Source: Leptospira sp. (GTDB lineage: Bacteria > Spirochaetota > Leptospiria > Leptospirales > Leptospiraceae). Taken from it: a DNA stretch of 64,000 bases. The stretch lies in assembly GCA_034439575.1 (NCBI GenBank), contig JAWXAQ010000015.1:160001-224000 (forward strand), given 5' to 3'. Positions 29,937 to 39,726 of the stretch are shown piece after piece; the first letter of the stretch is position 1; every line of letters begins with the position of its first letter. The notes beneath the pieces were generated by a model. The model was not told the origin of the DNA and searched no databases. It saw only the letters and a program-made list of their open reading frames with translations. A program made the position numbers and the translations under genes.

Positions 29937-31547
29937 TTAGTTTACCTTGTGCCTTGATGCTTGAGGATGATTTGATACTGGCACTAAATCTTCAAATCCA
30001 TGTATGTTTACCTTTCCTCCATTCAATTCATAATCTCTTTTGAAATCTTGCAAAAAATCAAACGCTGAAAATCCTACAAATTTAATATCTTCAAATTTGA
30101 TATCCACATTTCGACCAAAAGGAATACGATTTAACAGTCGTTTAAGCGAAATCATATTTGAAAAAATCAACGCCTTTTTTACATGAAATTGATATGCATG
30201 GTGGTCTTCTGTGATTCGAATATCAGAAAAAAACAAATTTTTTAATGGTACGCCAAAGGCAATTTGGATAATTATTTTTGCAAGGATACCACAAGCGACA
30301 CCAACTAACAAATCTTCAAAAACTGTAAAAAACACTGTCACCAAAAATACAACGATTTGATCCCAGCCTGTTTTATATGCATGAATGAATTGTTCTGGTG
30401 AAGCAAGTTTCACACCCACCATGATCAACACACCGGCCAATGCCGCGAGTGGGATTTGGTGAATCAGTCCAGGCAAAAATACGATAAACACCAATAAAAA
30501 CAATCCATGAAAAAAATTGGACCATCTTGTTTTGGCCCCATTACTTACGTTTGCTGAAGATCTCACAACTTCTGCAATGATTGGTAATCCACCAATCCAT
30601 CCGAGAAAAAAGTTTCCTATCCCTTTTGCGATAAGTTCTCTATTCATATTGGAATGTCTGTTATGTGGATCAACTTTATCAATGGCTGAAGCGGTTAAAA
30701 GTGATTCAATACTCGCAATTAAAGCGATGGTTACAACCATAAGCCAAAATCCACCTGTTCCTATGAGCCCAAAGTTTGGAAAAATTAGTCCTTCAGATAT
30801 ATGTTCGGGAAGATTAACCAAATTTTTTGGTCCGATTTCATAGGCATTGTTCATTAATGAGTATGTATGAGTTTCATCTAAATTAAAGATCATACCGAGT
30901 CCTACTCCAACTAACACAGCCATGAGTGGTGCGGGTAGTTTTTTAACAATAGGGTTTTTGATACGGCTGAGTATGATCAAAACAAGTATAGTTGAAATTC
31001 CAATAATACCGATCTCTGGATTTATTTTACTCAGACTCTGAGGCATCTCCAAAATCAATCCACTAATAGTTTTTGCTTGCGGTGTAATTCCAAGAGCAAC
31101 ATAGAACTGTTTTGAGATAATAATAATCCCAATTGCCGCCATCATACCATGTACAACTGAAATCGGAAAGTAGACCGTTAAGTTTCCTGATCGAATCAAT
31201 CCAAGTATGATTTGAATGGCTCCCGCGATCACAATCACTGCTAATGTATATTCAAATCCCAAACGATTATCGCCGCCACCGAGTACGGTTATAGAATGCA
31301 ATACAACTGCAATCAAACCAGCGGCCGGGCCATTTATTGTCACATAAGACCCGCTAAATAAGGATACGATGAGTCCACCTACGATTCCAGAAAACAAACC
31401 AGCCATAGGTGGTGCGCCAGAGGCTAAAGAAATGCCTAAGCATAATGGCAAAGCAATCAAAAAAACGATGAATCCGGAAAGTACATCCGACTTCCAGTTT
31501 TGTTTTAGTCCAGAAATCCCATCGAGTGGAATATTTTTTTGAGTCAT
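29937..31547 (-). CDS. SulP/SLC26 anion (probable bicarbonate) transporter
   Basis: SGFIVFLIALPLCLGISLASGAP, GPAAGL, ESLLT and VVRSSAN; short STAS-like tail. Confidence 0.92.
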   Translation of the reverse strand: MTQKNIPLDGISGLKQNWKSDVLSGFIVFLIALPLCLGISLASGAPPMAGLFSGIVGGLIVSLFSGSYVTINGPAAGLIAVVLHSITVLGGGDNRLGFEYTLAVIVIAGAIQIILGLIRSGNLTVYFPISVVHGMMAAIGIIIISKQFYVALGITPQAKTISGLILEMPQSLSKINPEIGIIGISTILVLIILSRIKNPIVKKLPAPLMAVLVGVGLGMIFNLDETHTYSLMNNAYEIGPKNLVNLPEHISEGLIFPNFGLIGTGGFWLMVVTIALIASIESLLTASAIDKVDPHNRHSNMNRELIAKGIGNFFLGWIGGLPIIAEVVRSSANVSNGAKTRWSNFFHGLFLLVFIVFLPGLIHQIPLAALAGVLIMVGVKLASPEQFIHAYKTGWDQIVVFLVTVFFTVFEDLLVGVACGILAKIIIQIAFGVPLKNLFFSDIRITEDHHAYQFHVKKALIFSNMISLKRLLNRIPFGRNVDIKFEDIKFVGFSAFDFLQDFKRDYELNGGKVNIHGFEDLVPVSNHPQASRHKVN

Positions 31548-31567
31548 TTTTTTTCCTTTTGTTGCTT

Positions 31568-33160
31568 CTATTTATTTTGATTCTCAGAGCCAGATTCTAT
31601 GCTGATGATCTCTTGTGCTTTTTTCTTAAATTGATTTGGATTAATGCCTGTTTGTTTTTTAAATTCAAGATAAAAGGCTGATCTAGAACCAAACCCAGCC
31701 ATTTTCCCTATTTCGGCGACATTTAAATCAGATTGTTCTATTAATAACTTTTTTGAATCTTCAATTCTATGTTTATTCATCAATGTAGGAAAATTCATTT
31801 TATATTCAGAATTGATTATTTCACTTAACTGGTGATATGTAATTCCCATTAATTGGGCAACAGTTTCTTCACTGGAAGAAGGATCGAGATGTATTTTCTC
31901 AATTTGGATTAAGCTTTGTAGTTTATTTAAATGATAAGGAACATCTAAAATTTGATATATATTTTTCTGTTTAACAATTACTGATTTTCTTTTTTCCAAA
32001 CCGTGCAGAACTAAAAATGACCCTGCAGATAACAATGGTAAGTAAAAAACAGAAGCATATATAGCAAATTCTTGGTACGGGTAAAAATCAAAATGATACA
32101 ATGTCTTCAAAAATACAAGCGCCTGGAAAACAATCCATCCGATGACATAGAATTTCTCTTCTGTTTTATCTTTTTGGATAAGGTAAAGATGGGTCTTAAG
32201 TAAATATGTGATCAGGCCACTAAAGAGTGTTAGGACTAAAAAAATTCTATATTCATAAAACCTACTCACCAATGGAACAAGAACATACAAACTTCCACTT
32301 ATTGCAAATAACCAAAATTTGATAGATTTGCGTTCAGTTCCGCCTGAATAAGAATCAAAATTGGCAAGATACAAGAAAAACGCAAAATGGTTTAGCGCAA
32401 GCAAAAGGTAATAAGAATGTTTAATGAGATTGTTTTGATTTCCGTAAACTGAGGCGAGCTCCCTGCCGTGAACGAGATATACCAGACTAAAAAATGCTAG
32501 GTAATGTAAAGAAATTCCAAGGAAAACGGCATAGCCCGTTTTACGAAATTCTCTTACTCCCCATAAAAGATAGATAACCGCTAAGGCTGAAAAAAGTACA
32601 AAACTCAAAAAACGGAACATGACGACACCACGGTACATTCCTTCAGATAATAAACGTATTGGGTAATTGAGATCTTGATTGGAAAATACACGGAGGTAAA
32701 AGGTTCTACCTTCTCCAGGTGACAATTCTACATTAAAATGTGGGAAAGGAGAAAGTATTTCATACCAATTTTCCCATTTATAGCCACTATAAACATCTAT
32801 CACTTTTCCTTCCGAATTTTCAGAACACAATTCCACGAAGGGTAAATTGATCCATTGGATTAGGACTGAAAAAAATTCAGACTTTTCCGAAGGATTCTCC
32901 AGAGTAAAACGAAGCCAAAGACCTCTTGGGTCTTGAGGAACCCGAACTGCGTCTATACTTGTGTTTTGCATCCACTCTAGATGTTTCAATTGTTGGATGG
33001 ATGCATGGTCACAAGAAGTGGGATTGGGTAAGTTTTTACCCTGCAGTCGGAATTCTACCAAACTGCTAATGTTTTCTCCGTACACTTTGTCTGCCTTGTG
33101 TAAACAAGTCGTTGTGAGAGCAAATATTACTGAAATTGAACAAAAGCGGACAAAATACAT
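31568..33160 (-). CDS. 7TM-DISM-like membrane sensor with C-terminal AraC HTH
   Basis: Extracellular WLRFTL domain, about 7 TMs, then HQLSEIIN...RIE..K...GFGSRSAFYLEFKKQTG. Confidence 0.85.
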   Translation of the reverse strand: MYFVRFCSISVIFALTTTCLHKADKVYGENISSLVEFRLQGKNLPNPTSCDHASIQQLKHLEWMQNTSIDAVRVPQDPRGLWLRFTLENPSEKSEFFSVLIQWINLPFVELCSENSEGKVIDVYSGYKWENWYEILSPFPHFNVELSPGEGRTFYLRVFSNQDLNYPIRLLSEGMYRGVVMFRFLSFVLFSALAVIYLLWGVREFRKTGYAVFLGISLHYLAFFSLVYLVHGRELASVYGNQNNLIKHSYYLLLALNHFAFFLYLANFDSYSGGTERKSIKFWLFAISGSLYVLVPLVSRFYEYRIFLVLTLFSGLITYLLKTHLYLIQKDKTEEKFYVIGWIVFQALVFLKTLYHFDFYPYQEFAIYASVFYLPLLSAGSFLVLHGLEKRKSVIVKQKNIYQILDVPYHLNKLQSLIQIEKIHLDPSSSEETVAQLMGITYHQLSEIINSEYKMNFPTLMNKHRIEDSKKLLIEQSDLNVAEIGKMAGFGSRSAFYLEFKKQTGINPNQFKKKAQEIISIESGSENQNK

Positions 33161-33306
33161 TCAAATGCCGATTAAATGCATTTGGACAAATTTTACCAGT
33201 TATTTCAATCCGTTCGGACTTTGGTAAAAAAATAATTTTTGTCTATTTTTATATTCTTGGATATTTTTATTGTCTAAATAGCTAATCATAGACAGGAGAT
33301 TCTATC

Positions 33307-34278
33307 ATGCAAATGCAAGGTGTCTTAAACAATTTATTGAACCCGCCAGTCCTTTTCTTTTTCCTAGGCATGGGCGTTGTATTCTTCAAATCAGATCTCA
33401 AAATTACAGATGGAGTTTCTAAGTTCCTATCGCTCTATTTGTTATTTGCGATAGGTTTTAAAGGCGGTCATGAACTTTTTAGTTCCCCCTTTGAACAAGA
33501 GCATTTATTAACCCTCATTGCTTGTATGTTTATGGCATTTTTTGTTCCTATCTATTCCTTCTTTATCTTTCGGCTCAAACTAGACCACCATAACGCAAGC
33601 GCTCTTGCAGGAAGTTTCGGTTCCATCAGTGCTGTCACATTTGTAACTGCGGGTGCATTTCTTCATAGTATGGGATTGGAATTCCAAGGATTCATTGTAG
33701 CAGGAATGGCATTAATGGAATCACCCGCAATTATCATCGCTGTGATCTTGGATAGATTAGGAAACTCAAAATCAAAAGGAGAACAGAAAATAAAATGGAA
33801 GCACCTTCTCCATGAAGCGTTCTTTAGTTCTTCAGTTTATATCCTTATAGGTTCGCTTATCATTGGTTATCTTTCTGGAGAATCAGGATGGAAAACGACA
33901 AAACCATTTACAGAAGATATTTTTAAAGGACTATTGACATTCTTTTTACTCGATAAAGGAATTGAAGCCGCCCGCCAAATGAAAGACTTACGGAAAACAG
34001 GTCTATTTCTTTTGGGAGCGTCACTTTTGATTATGATCTTCAATGCTTTTTTAGCAGTTATTCTAGTAAAAATAATCAGAATGCCTCTTGGTGATTCATT
34101 AATGTTTGTTGTACTCTGCACCTCTGCATCTTACATTGCAGTACCGGCTGCTATGAAAGATTCAATTCCCGAAGCGAATCCAAGTATTTATATAACTGTA
34201 GCTCTATCTATAGTATTTCCGATTAACATAATCATAGGAATTCCACTCTATTTCTATTTACTCAGAACCATCAGTTAG
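33307..34278 (+). CDS. sbtA: Sodium-dependent bicarbonate transport family permease (SbtA/DUF897)
   Basis: LSLYLLFAIGFKGG, GSISAVTF, ALMESPAI and SASYIAVPAA. Confidence 0.88.
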   Translation: MQMQGVLNNLLNPPVLFFFLGMGVVFFKSDLKITDGVSKFLSLYLLFAIGFKGGHELFSSPFEQEHLLTLIACMFMAFFVPIYSFFIFRLKLDHHNASALAGSFGSISAVTFVTAGAFLHSMGLEFQGFIVAGMALMESPAIIIAVILDRLGNSKSKGEQKIKWKHLLHEAFFSSSVYILIGSLIIGYLSGESGWKTTKPFTEDIFKGLLTFFLLDKGIEAARQMKDLRKTGLFLLGASLLIMIFNAFLAVILVKIIRMPLGDSLMFVVLCTSASYIAVPAAMKDSIPEANPSIYITVALSIVFPINIIIGIPLYFYLLRTIS

Positions 34279-34308
34279 CATTCGTCAGTATAAAAGAGGA
34301 GAGATAAA

Positions 34309-36135
34309 ATGAAAAGATTGGTATTATTTATTTTTTTGGTCATTGCTTACTTAGCATCTAATGCAATAATGTTGGCAGTCGAACCAGACTCAATCAAACT
34401 TACATCAACCGAAGAGAAATACAAATCCCCTATGATCGAGAAAGGCATCGACTCAGATTTCACAAAGCACATGTTTATAGAACCCGAACTTGCCGCCAAA
34501 GTAAATAAATCTCAACAGATGTGGATCAATGATATCATTAGGCTCGGAATCTATCTCAGGCCTAGACAAGAAGTGAGAAACAATTTGGACTTTAATCGAA
34601 CTAATTCTGGTTATACGGACAGAACTCTTCAAACTTCATCATTATATCTTTTAATCGATCCAAATCCATATGTAACAGCAAAAATCACTTTTCAAGATGC
34701 CAGAGTTTGGGGCGGAGATTCCCCTGCTTCCTCAGGTGATATTCGCGCCGTTTTTTTTAACAATACGCCAAATATAAGTTCTGCTGGACAAACGACGTCC
34801 ACTTCATTAAACACGACTGGCATTCGCGAAGCATTCGTTATGTTAAAAAAATTGCCATTGGATGCTAAGTTACAAGTGGGTCGACAAATCTGGACATATG
34901 GTGACCAACGAATGATAGGTGGTGCGAATTGGACAATTAATGGACTTTCTTATGATGGAGCACGCTTATTTATAGAACGGCCAATTTTTAAAATTCATTT
35001 GTTTGCTGCAAGGCCATATTGGACACAAAGTGGAGTGAATGGAGTCGTGTCTGCGAATGATCCAAAATCAAATGCAAATGCGAAAGGTAGTGATACTACA
35101 CTTTTTGGAACTTACAATTCTGTTAAACTTTTTGATGTTGTGATGTTAGATTTATATTCTATAAACATTGTAAGGAAATGGATTCCGAATTCATATAATG
35201 GAACTACAGGATTACCCAATGTTTCAAGTGATGATCCAATTGCACAAAATAGAGCAAAACAAAATCAAGAAATTTATACCCTTGGTTTTCGTTTAACAAA
35301 TAGAATTGCCAATAACTTTTTACCGAAAGGGGAAGCTTGGGATTGGACATGGGAAAGTGCTTGGCAAGGGGGTACAACTGGCCGTCGTTTAAATGAAAAA
35401 ATATTAGGTGTTAGTTTAGATCCACCTTATCAAAGTTTAAAAACAGAAAGAGAAAAATATACAGGACAATTCCATGTCATTCAAACAGGATATACTTTCT
35501 TTGAAAAACTCAGATTTGGAGTCCAAGTATTATATGCATCTGGGGACAAAAATCGAAGTGATGGAAGTTCCTCAACATTTCAAACATTGGCAAATCCTAG
35601 ATTTGGCACGATTCCTTTTTTCAATGGTGTTGCAGGCATTTCAGAAAATATCGGAACCAAAAATTTGATTTCTAAAAGTATTTCTGTCTCGTATAACACG
35701 AATGATTGGGGAAATTTTCAACTAAGTTATTTTCAAAATGATAAGGCAGAAAAACAAGATGCATGGTATGCAATCAACGGTGCTAATAATTCGAGTAGTG
35801 ACCTAAGTGCCATAAATAGTTCCCCTGTATCTAGTGCCAAAGGAAGCACAGAAAATTTTTCTGACAACCCTTATACACAATCCTATTCATTAGGAAAATC
35901 CATTTATAATGAAATAGATTTAACTTGGATGGCACTGATAAATGACAATGTCTCTATCTGGTTAGGTGTTGGATATTTGAAAGCAGGAAATTCTATTTCC
36001 AATTACCGGAATAGTCCACTCCTGTATCAAGCGAGCACAAATAGTTACGAACTAAATTCAGATTTTTTTCAAGGCAAGAATAAGGTCGCTAAAGACGGTT
36101 CTATGGCCTATTTGCAACTGAATGCGGCATTCTAA
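34309..36135 (+). CDS. Alginate-export (AlgE-like) outer membrane beta-barrel
   Basis: RPRQE, QDARVWG, GRQ..YGDQRMIG..NW and DG motifs; C-terminal Phe. Confidence 0.8.
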   Translation: MKRLVLFIFLVIAYLASNAIMLAVEPDSIKLTSTEEKYKSPMIEKGIDSDFTKHMFIEPELAAKVNKSQQMWINDIIRLGIYLRPRQEVRNNLDFNRTNSGYTDRTLQTSSLYLLIDPNPYVTAKITFQDARVWGGDSPASSGDIRAVFFNNTPNISSAGQTTSTSLNTTGIREAFVMLKKLPLDAKLQVGRQIWTYGDQRMIGGANWTINGLSYDGARLFIERPIFKIHLFAARPYWTQSGVNGVVSANDPKSNANAKGSDTTLFGTYNSVKLFDVVMLDLYSINIVRKWIPNSYNGTTGLPNVSSDDPIAQNRAKQNQEIYTLGFRLTNRIANNFLPKGEAWDWTWESAWQGGTTGRRLNEKILGVSLDPPYQSLKTEREKYTGQFHVIQTGYTFFEKLRFGVQVLYASGDKNRSDGSSSTFQTLANPRFGTIPFFNGVAGISENIGTKNLISKSISVSYNTNDWGNFQLSYFQNDKAEKQDAWYAINGANNSSSDLSAINSSPVSSAKGSTENFSDNPYTQSYSLGKSIYNEIDLTWMALINDNVSIWLGVGYLKAGNSISNYRNSPLLYQASTNSYELNSDFFQGKNKVAKDGSMAYLQLNAAF

Positions 36136-36199
36136 AAAACTATAGATTTTTTCTTGTAATTCAAAACGATTGCTTTAAAATTCCGTTTAAGGCGATCAA

Positions 36200-36835
36200 T
36201 TGGGAACAGAAACAAAACAACGACGTGTCAGAAATAGTCTCTCTCGAGAAGAGATTAGAAATGTATCATTGTTGATTCTAAAGGAAGAAGGCATTGATGC
36301 TCTTTCAATGCGCCATATTGCCAATAGGCTTGGTTGCAGTGTGGCGAGTCCCTATTCGTATTATGAAAGTCAGATTGACCTTGTAAAAGATCTCATCAAA
36401 CACGGAGAAGACGAGCTATTAGGTATGTTAAAGGAAGCTATTCCTGAAGGAGAAAATATACCGACATTCGAAAAATTAGCAGGTATAGCCAGAGCTTACT
36501 TCCGTTTCGCGAGCATAAACCGTGAACTTCATAAGATAATGTTTGTTACCGATTATGGAGCCCTACATAGAAAAGCGTTTCCACAACTTCCAAAAAGTTA
36601 TCGCTTTTTTTTAGTAACACTTAGAGAAGGATTTGAAACTGGTGAAATACAATACCCAATCAATGAATACACAGCTATTGCCAGACTTATGTGGAGTTGG
36701 ATGTACGGCCTTTTGGTATTAGATATGACTGGCATGTTGCGAAAGCGCAGAGGATCAGAAAATCCCATAGAAGAAGGTATCTCCTATTTTAAAGCGCTTT
36801 TCTCATCGAAACCAAATATGCCGACTAACTTCTGA
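36200..36835 (+). CDS. TetR family regulator (WHG-type C-terminus)
   Basis: LSMRHIANRLGCSVASPYSYY HTH and WSWMYG; TTG start. Confidence 0.85.
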   Translation: MGTETKQRRVRNSLSREEIRNVSLLILKEEGIDALSMRHIANRLGCSVASPYSYYESQIDLVKDLIKHGEDELLGMLKEAIPEGENIPTFEKLAGIARAYFRFASINRELHKIMFVTDYGALHRKAFPQLPKSYRFFLVTLREGFETGEIQYPINEYTAIARLMWSWMYGLLVLDMTGMLRKRRGSENPIEEGISYFKALFSSKPNMPTNF

Positions 36836-37556
36836 TTGTTTCCTTCTCTATCCATTGATCTGTTCCCACATCAATGAGTCTTTCTTCTTTCAATCGTAAA
36901 AATTCGCTCGCGACTATTTCTATTACCATACTAGCATCCATCGGTTCCCAAATCGGATTGCCAATAGAAATGCGTGATTTTTTATTTAAATTATAAGCAT
37001 CGATAAAAATTGGTAGGATCGGAAGATTATATCGTTTGCTTAAAATTGCCATCCCACCATGGAGTTTTCTTGATTTTCGATACCCACGGAAATAAGTTCC
37101 TTCAGGAAAAATCCCAAGTGCCAAATCACCCTGTTGTATCCTTTGCGTAATTTCACGAATGGTATTTGGATCATTTTCATTTCGATTTAAAGGAATTAAA
37201 TCCATAGTTTTGACGATACCCTTTATTAACTGCTCTTTTCTAATTTGAGAAGGTCGTAGCTTCTTGGCACCTTTCGCACGTTTGCCGGCATCATAACTCG
37301 TGATAGCTGTTGCGTATATCCCATGTTTCTTTAGCAAATGCCGAATCATAAACGCGTCGTACGGCATAGAAATCATTCGAAGAAATTTATTTCTGGGTTT
37401 GATATGATTTGAAACAGCAATAAATGATTTTCCTTTTAGTTCTTTCAAAATATGTTCGTTTTGATATTTACAATTTCGGAATCCATAAATTAGCCGCATC
37501 GGCTTAATAATTAAAAGCATCAAAATAAGACCTATGAGTCTTCCTAGTTTATACAC
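36825..37556 (-). CDS. Lysophospholipid/glycerol acyltransferase (PlsC family)
   Basis: VSNH, FPEGT and LPILP motifs; GTG start. Confidence 0.8.
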   Translation of the reverse strand: MYKLGRLIGLILMLLIIKPMRLIYGFRNCKYQNEHILKELKGKSFIAVSNHIKPRNKFLRMISMPYDAFMIRHLLKKHGIYATAITSYDAGKRAKGAKKLRPSQIRKEQLIKGIVKTMDLIPLNRNENDPNTIREITQRIQQGDLALGIFPEGTYFRGYRKSRKLHGGMAILSKRYNLPILPIFIDAYNLNKKSRISIGNPIWEPMDASMVIEIVASEFLRLKEERLIDVGTDQWIEKETIRS

Positions 37557-37652
37557 TTATCTACCTACTTACAAATGATCAGAGTCTTTAAGTCCTACCT
37601 GGTTGCAAAAAAATGAATTACAGGACAGTGACAATTTCTTGAGTGTTATTTT

Positions 37653-38684
37653 ATGTTTCTGAGAGGAATACTTTGCTCCCTTCTAATTTGTTTCATTCAA
37701 TGTTCTCAATTGACCGAGGCAAAATTTAAAAATGAAAAATTAGATCAAAATCTTGTCTTTGGATTGTTACTATCAGGCATCGATTTACAAACAATTGCCG
37801 CGGTAAGGATAGGAGCTCTTCCAAATCAAACGCCAGGAAGTGATTCTGATACATCTGCACAAATTTCATTAGGTGAAAAAATATTTAAAGATAAGTCATT
37901 GTCTTTAAATGGAGTTCAATCATGTTCCACCTGTCACCTGCTAACTGGAAGAAATGCTGGTACAGATGCACAATCCACTTCAAGGGGAACACTTGGCCAA
38001 GTTGGCAGAAGAAATGCATTATCTATTTTTAATGTAGGATTTCAAGAGACACTCTTCTGGGACGGAAGAATAAACACTCTCGAAGACCAAGCCCTAATGC
38101 CGTTTGTGGATCAAAACGAGATGTCTTTACCTTCCATAAGTGAACTCATCAATAGATTAAATACTAACTCTGATTATGTGCAATTATTTGCGCAAGCCTT
38201 TCCTGATTCACCAAACATCAGTACTAGCCATATTAAAAAATCAATTTCAGCTTTTGAACGAAGTCTAATCACACCTTCAAGATTTGATGAATTTATAAAA
38301 GGTGACAATTTAGCCCTAAATATAGCAGAAAAACAGGGTCTTCGTTTATTTTTAGATCTAAATTGTATCAAGTGCCATCAAGGACATATGTTAGGTGGAG
38401 GTAAGTTTGTCAAATTAGATAGCGTTTTTTCTTACAATAACCAAGATTTGGGAAGATATGAATTTACTTTAAATGAATCCGATAAATATTTTTTCCGTAC
38501 TCCTTCACTTAGAAATGTTGCTCTTACTGCTCCTTACTTCCACGATGGAAGTGTCTCTACATTAACAGAAGCTGTTCGTAGAATGAATCATTACGAATCG
38601 CCGAGGACCATTTCCGAATCAGAAATACTAATCCTTGTTAACTTCCTAAAAACACTTTCAGATAAACCTAGGTCTCTCCTATAA
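37653..38684 (+). CDS. Di-heme cytochrome c peroxidase family lipoprotein
   Basis: CSTCH and CIKCH, FWDGR, TPSLRNVALTAPYFHDG; lipobox FIQC. Confidence 0.9.
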   Translation: MFLRGILCSLLICFIQCSQLTEAKFKNEKLDQNLVFGLLLSGIDLQTIAAVRIGALPNQTPGSDSDTSAQISLGEKIFKDKSLSLNGVQSCSTCHLLTGRNAGTDAQSTSRGTLGQVGRRNALSIFNVGFQETLFWDGRINTLEDQALMPFVDQNEMSLPSISELINRLNTNSDYVQLFAQAFPDSPNISTSHIKKSISAFERSLITPSRFDEFIKGDNLALNIAEKQGLRLFLDLNCIKCHQGHMLGGGKFVKLDSVFSYNNQDLGRYEFTLNESDKYFFRTPSLRNVALTAPYFHDGSVSTLTEAVRRMNHYESPRTISESEILILVNFLKTLSDKPRSLL

Positions 38685-38711
38685 ATATTGGCTTGACATA
38701 AAATCTTTTAT

Positions 38712-38835
38712 TTTCAGTCTGGTCATTAATCCTTCAGGGAGGAAACAGGTGAAAATCCTGTGCTGACCCGCAACTGTAATACCATCTGACTTCGGTTAAC
38801 CGAATTTAAGATGGCAAGCCAGATCTTCCCCGCAA
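38712..38835 (+). ncRNA. Cobalamin (B12) riboswitch aptamer
   Basis: GGAA-ACAGG-TGAAAAT-CCTGT (P4/T-loop), TGC-TGACCC-GCA-ACTGTAA (P5/P6), a hairpin CCATCT...AGATGG, then B12-box AAGCCAGA. TTGACA at 38693 upstream; sits in the 5' leader of 39052. Ends are approximate. Confidence 0.88.
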
Positions 38836-38921
38836 AGAAAACCTCGAGGTTCGGGATCTTTGCACACTTACACATAACGATTCTCGTAATGTGTAAAGGG
38901 GCCCCGGAGGAATATCGGGGC
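38832..38921 (+). promoter_or_regulatory. Riboswitch expression platform (three stem-loops)
   Basis: GCAAAGA...TCTTTGC (38832-38863), TTACACAT...ATGTGTAA (38868-38896) and GCCCCG...CGGGGC (38901-38921). Confidence 0.6.
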
Positions 38922-39051
38922 AATTGAATGGATCACAAAAATCGGTACATCTAAATATGTTACACCTAACGGTAAAAAGTATTTGGCGAAGCTTTCACTT
39001 TTGTTTCTATTTTAGTTCCCCTAAATTCACTTTAAATTTAGGAGATTCAAA

Positions 39052-39678
39052 ATGAAAAAAAAATTAACACTCACGGTAACAATAATTATGTTACTACTCG
39101 CAATCAATTGCGCTGAATCTGGTAAAGTTGATGAATCAAAAGCAAATGAAAATTTGTTTGTAGGTTTACTTCTTGGCCAATCAAACGGAAATACCACAGG
39201 TATTAACTCAGTTTTGAATAGTTTAGTTGAAATTCGTGGCATGTGGAAAGATGGATTTTGTAGTGGTGGAAATTGCACAGGATTTACTACTAATTTATCT
39301 ATAGCACAAGATCCATCTGGTTTTGGAATTTGGACAACTGGCTCTGGATACTTCAGAATTATCGAAGCATCTAACACCTCTCGTTATTTGATATATCAAT
39401 ACTTACCAACAGCAACTTTTGGTAATGCGAGCAAATATACTAAAATTCTCTGGACTGCACCTGCGACGACGGATTGCGAAAATGGAGCTTCTAAATGTTT
39501 CTATTATTGTACAGTGCTTAACTCCAGTTTTACGGGATTTTCCACACTTGACGAAGCACGAAATGTTGTGTTAGATGAGACAAAATACAACACCACGGAT
39601 CCAAAACGCACTGGTTGCGGAGGATTTGGTTGGAGTAAGGCAATTTTTGTATCAAATAATCCAACTAATTGGCCATAA
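39052..39678 (+). CDS. Cys-rich surface lipoprotein downstream of the B12 riboswitch
   Basis: RBS AGGAG, lipobox AINC, paired Cys, FYYC and GCGGFGWS. Confidence 0.8.
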   Translation: MKKKLTLTVTIIMLLLAINCAESGKVDESKANENLFVGLLLGQSNGNTTGINSVLNSLVEIRGMWKDGFCSGGNCTGFTTNLSIAQDPSGFGIWTTGSGYFRIIEASNTSRYLIYQYLPTATFGNASKYTKILWTAPATTDCENGASKCFYYCTVLNSSFTGFSTLDEARNVVLDETKYNTTDPKRTGCGGFGWSKAIFVSNNPTNWP

Positions 39679-39686
39679 ATGAAAAT

Positions 39687-39713
39687 CCCTACTCATTTAA
39701 ATAATGGGTAGGG
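39687..39713 (+). other. Intercistronic stem-loop
   Basis: CCCTACTCATT-TAAAT-AATGGGTAGGG (one G-U pair), no U-tract, between the two lipoprotein genes. Confidence 0.55.
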
Positions 39714-39726
39714 TAAGAGATTACAT

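Noticed and set aside
37653-38684. Methanobactin MbnH or MauG system; part of the B12 regulon
   Set aside because: No mbn or mau neighbours, and the gene lies upstream of the riboswitch and its promoter; kept as a generic di-heme peroxidase.
38726-38923. 65-aa minus-strand ORF
   Set aside because: Antisense to the riboswitch, with no protein-like features.
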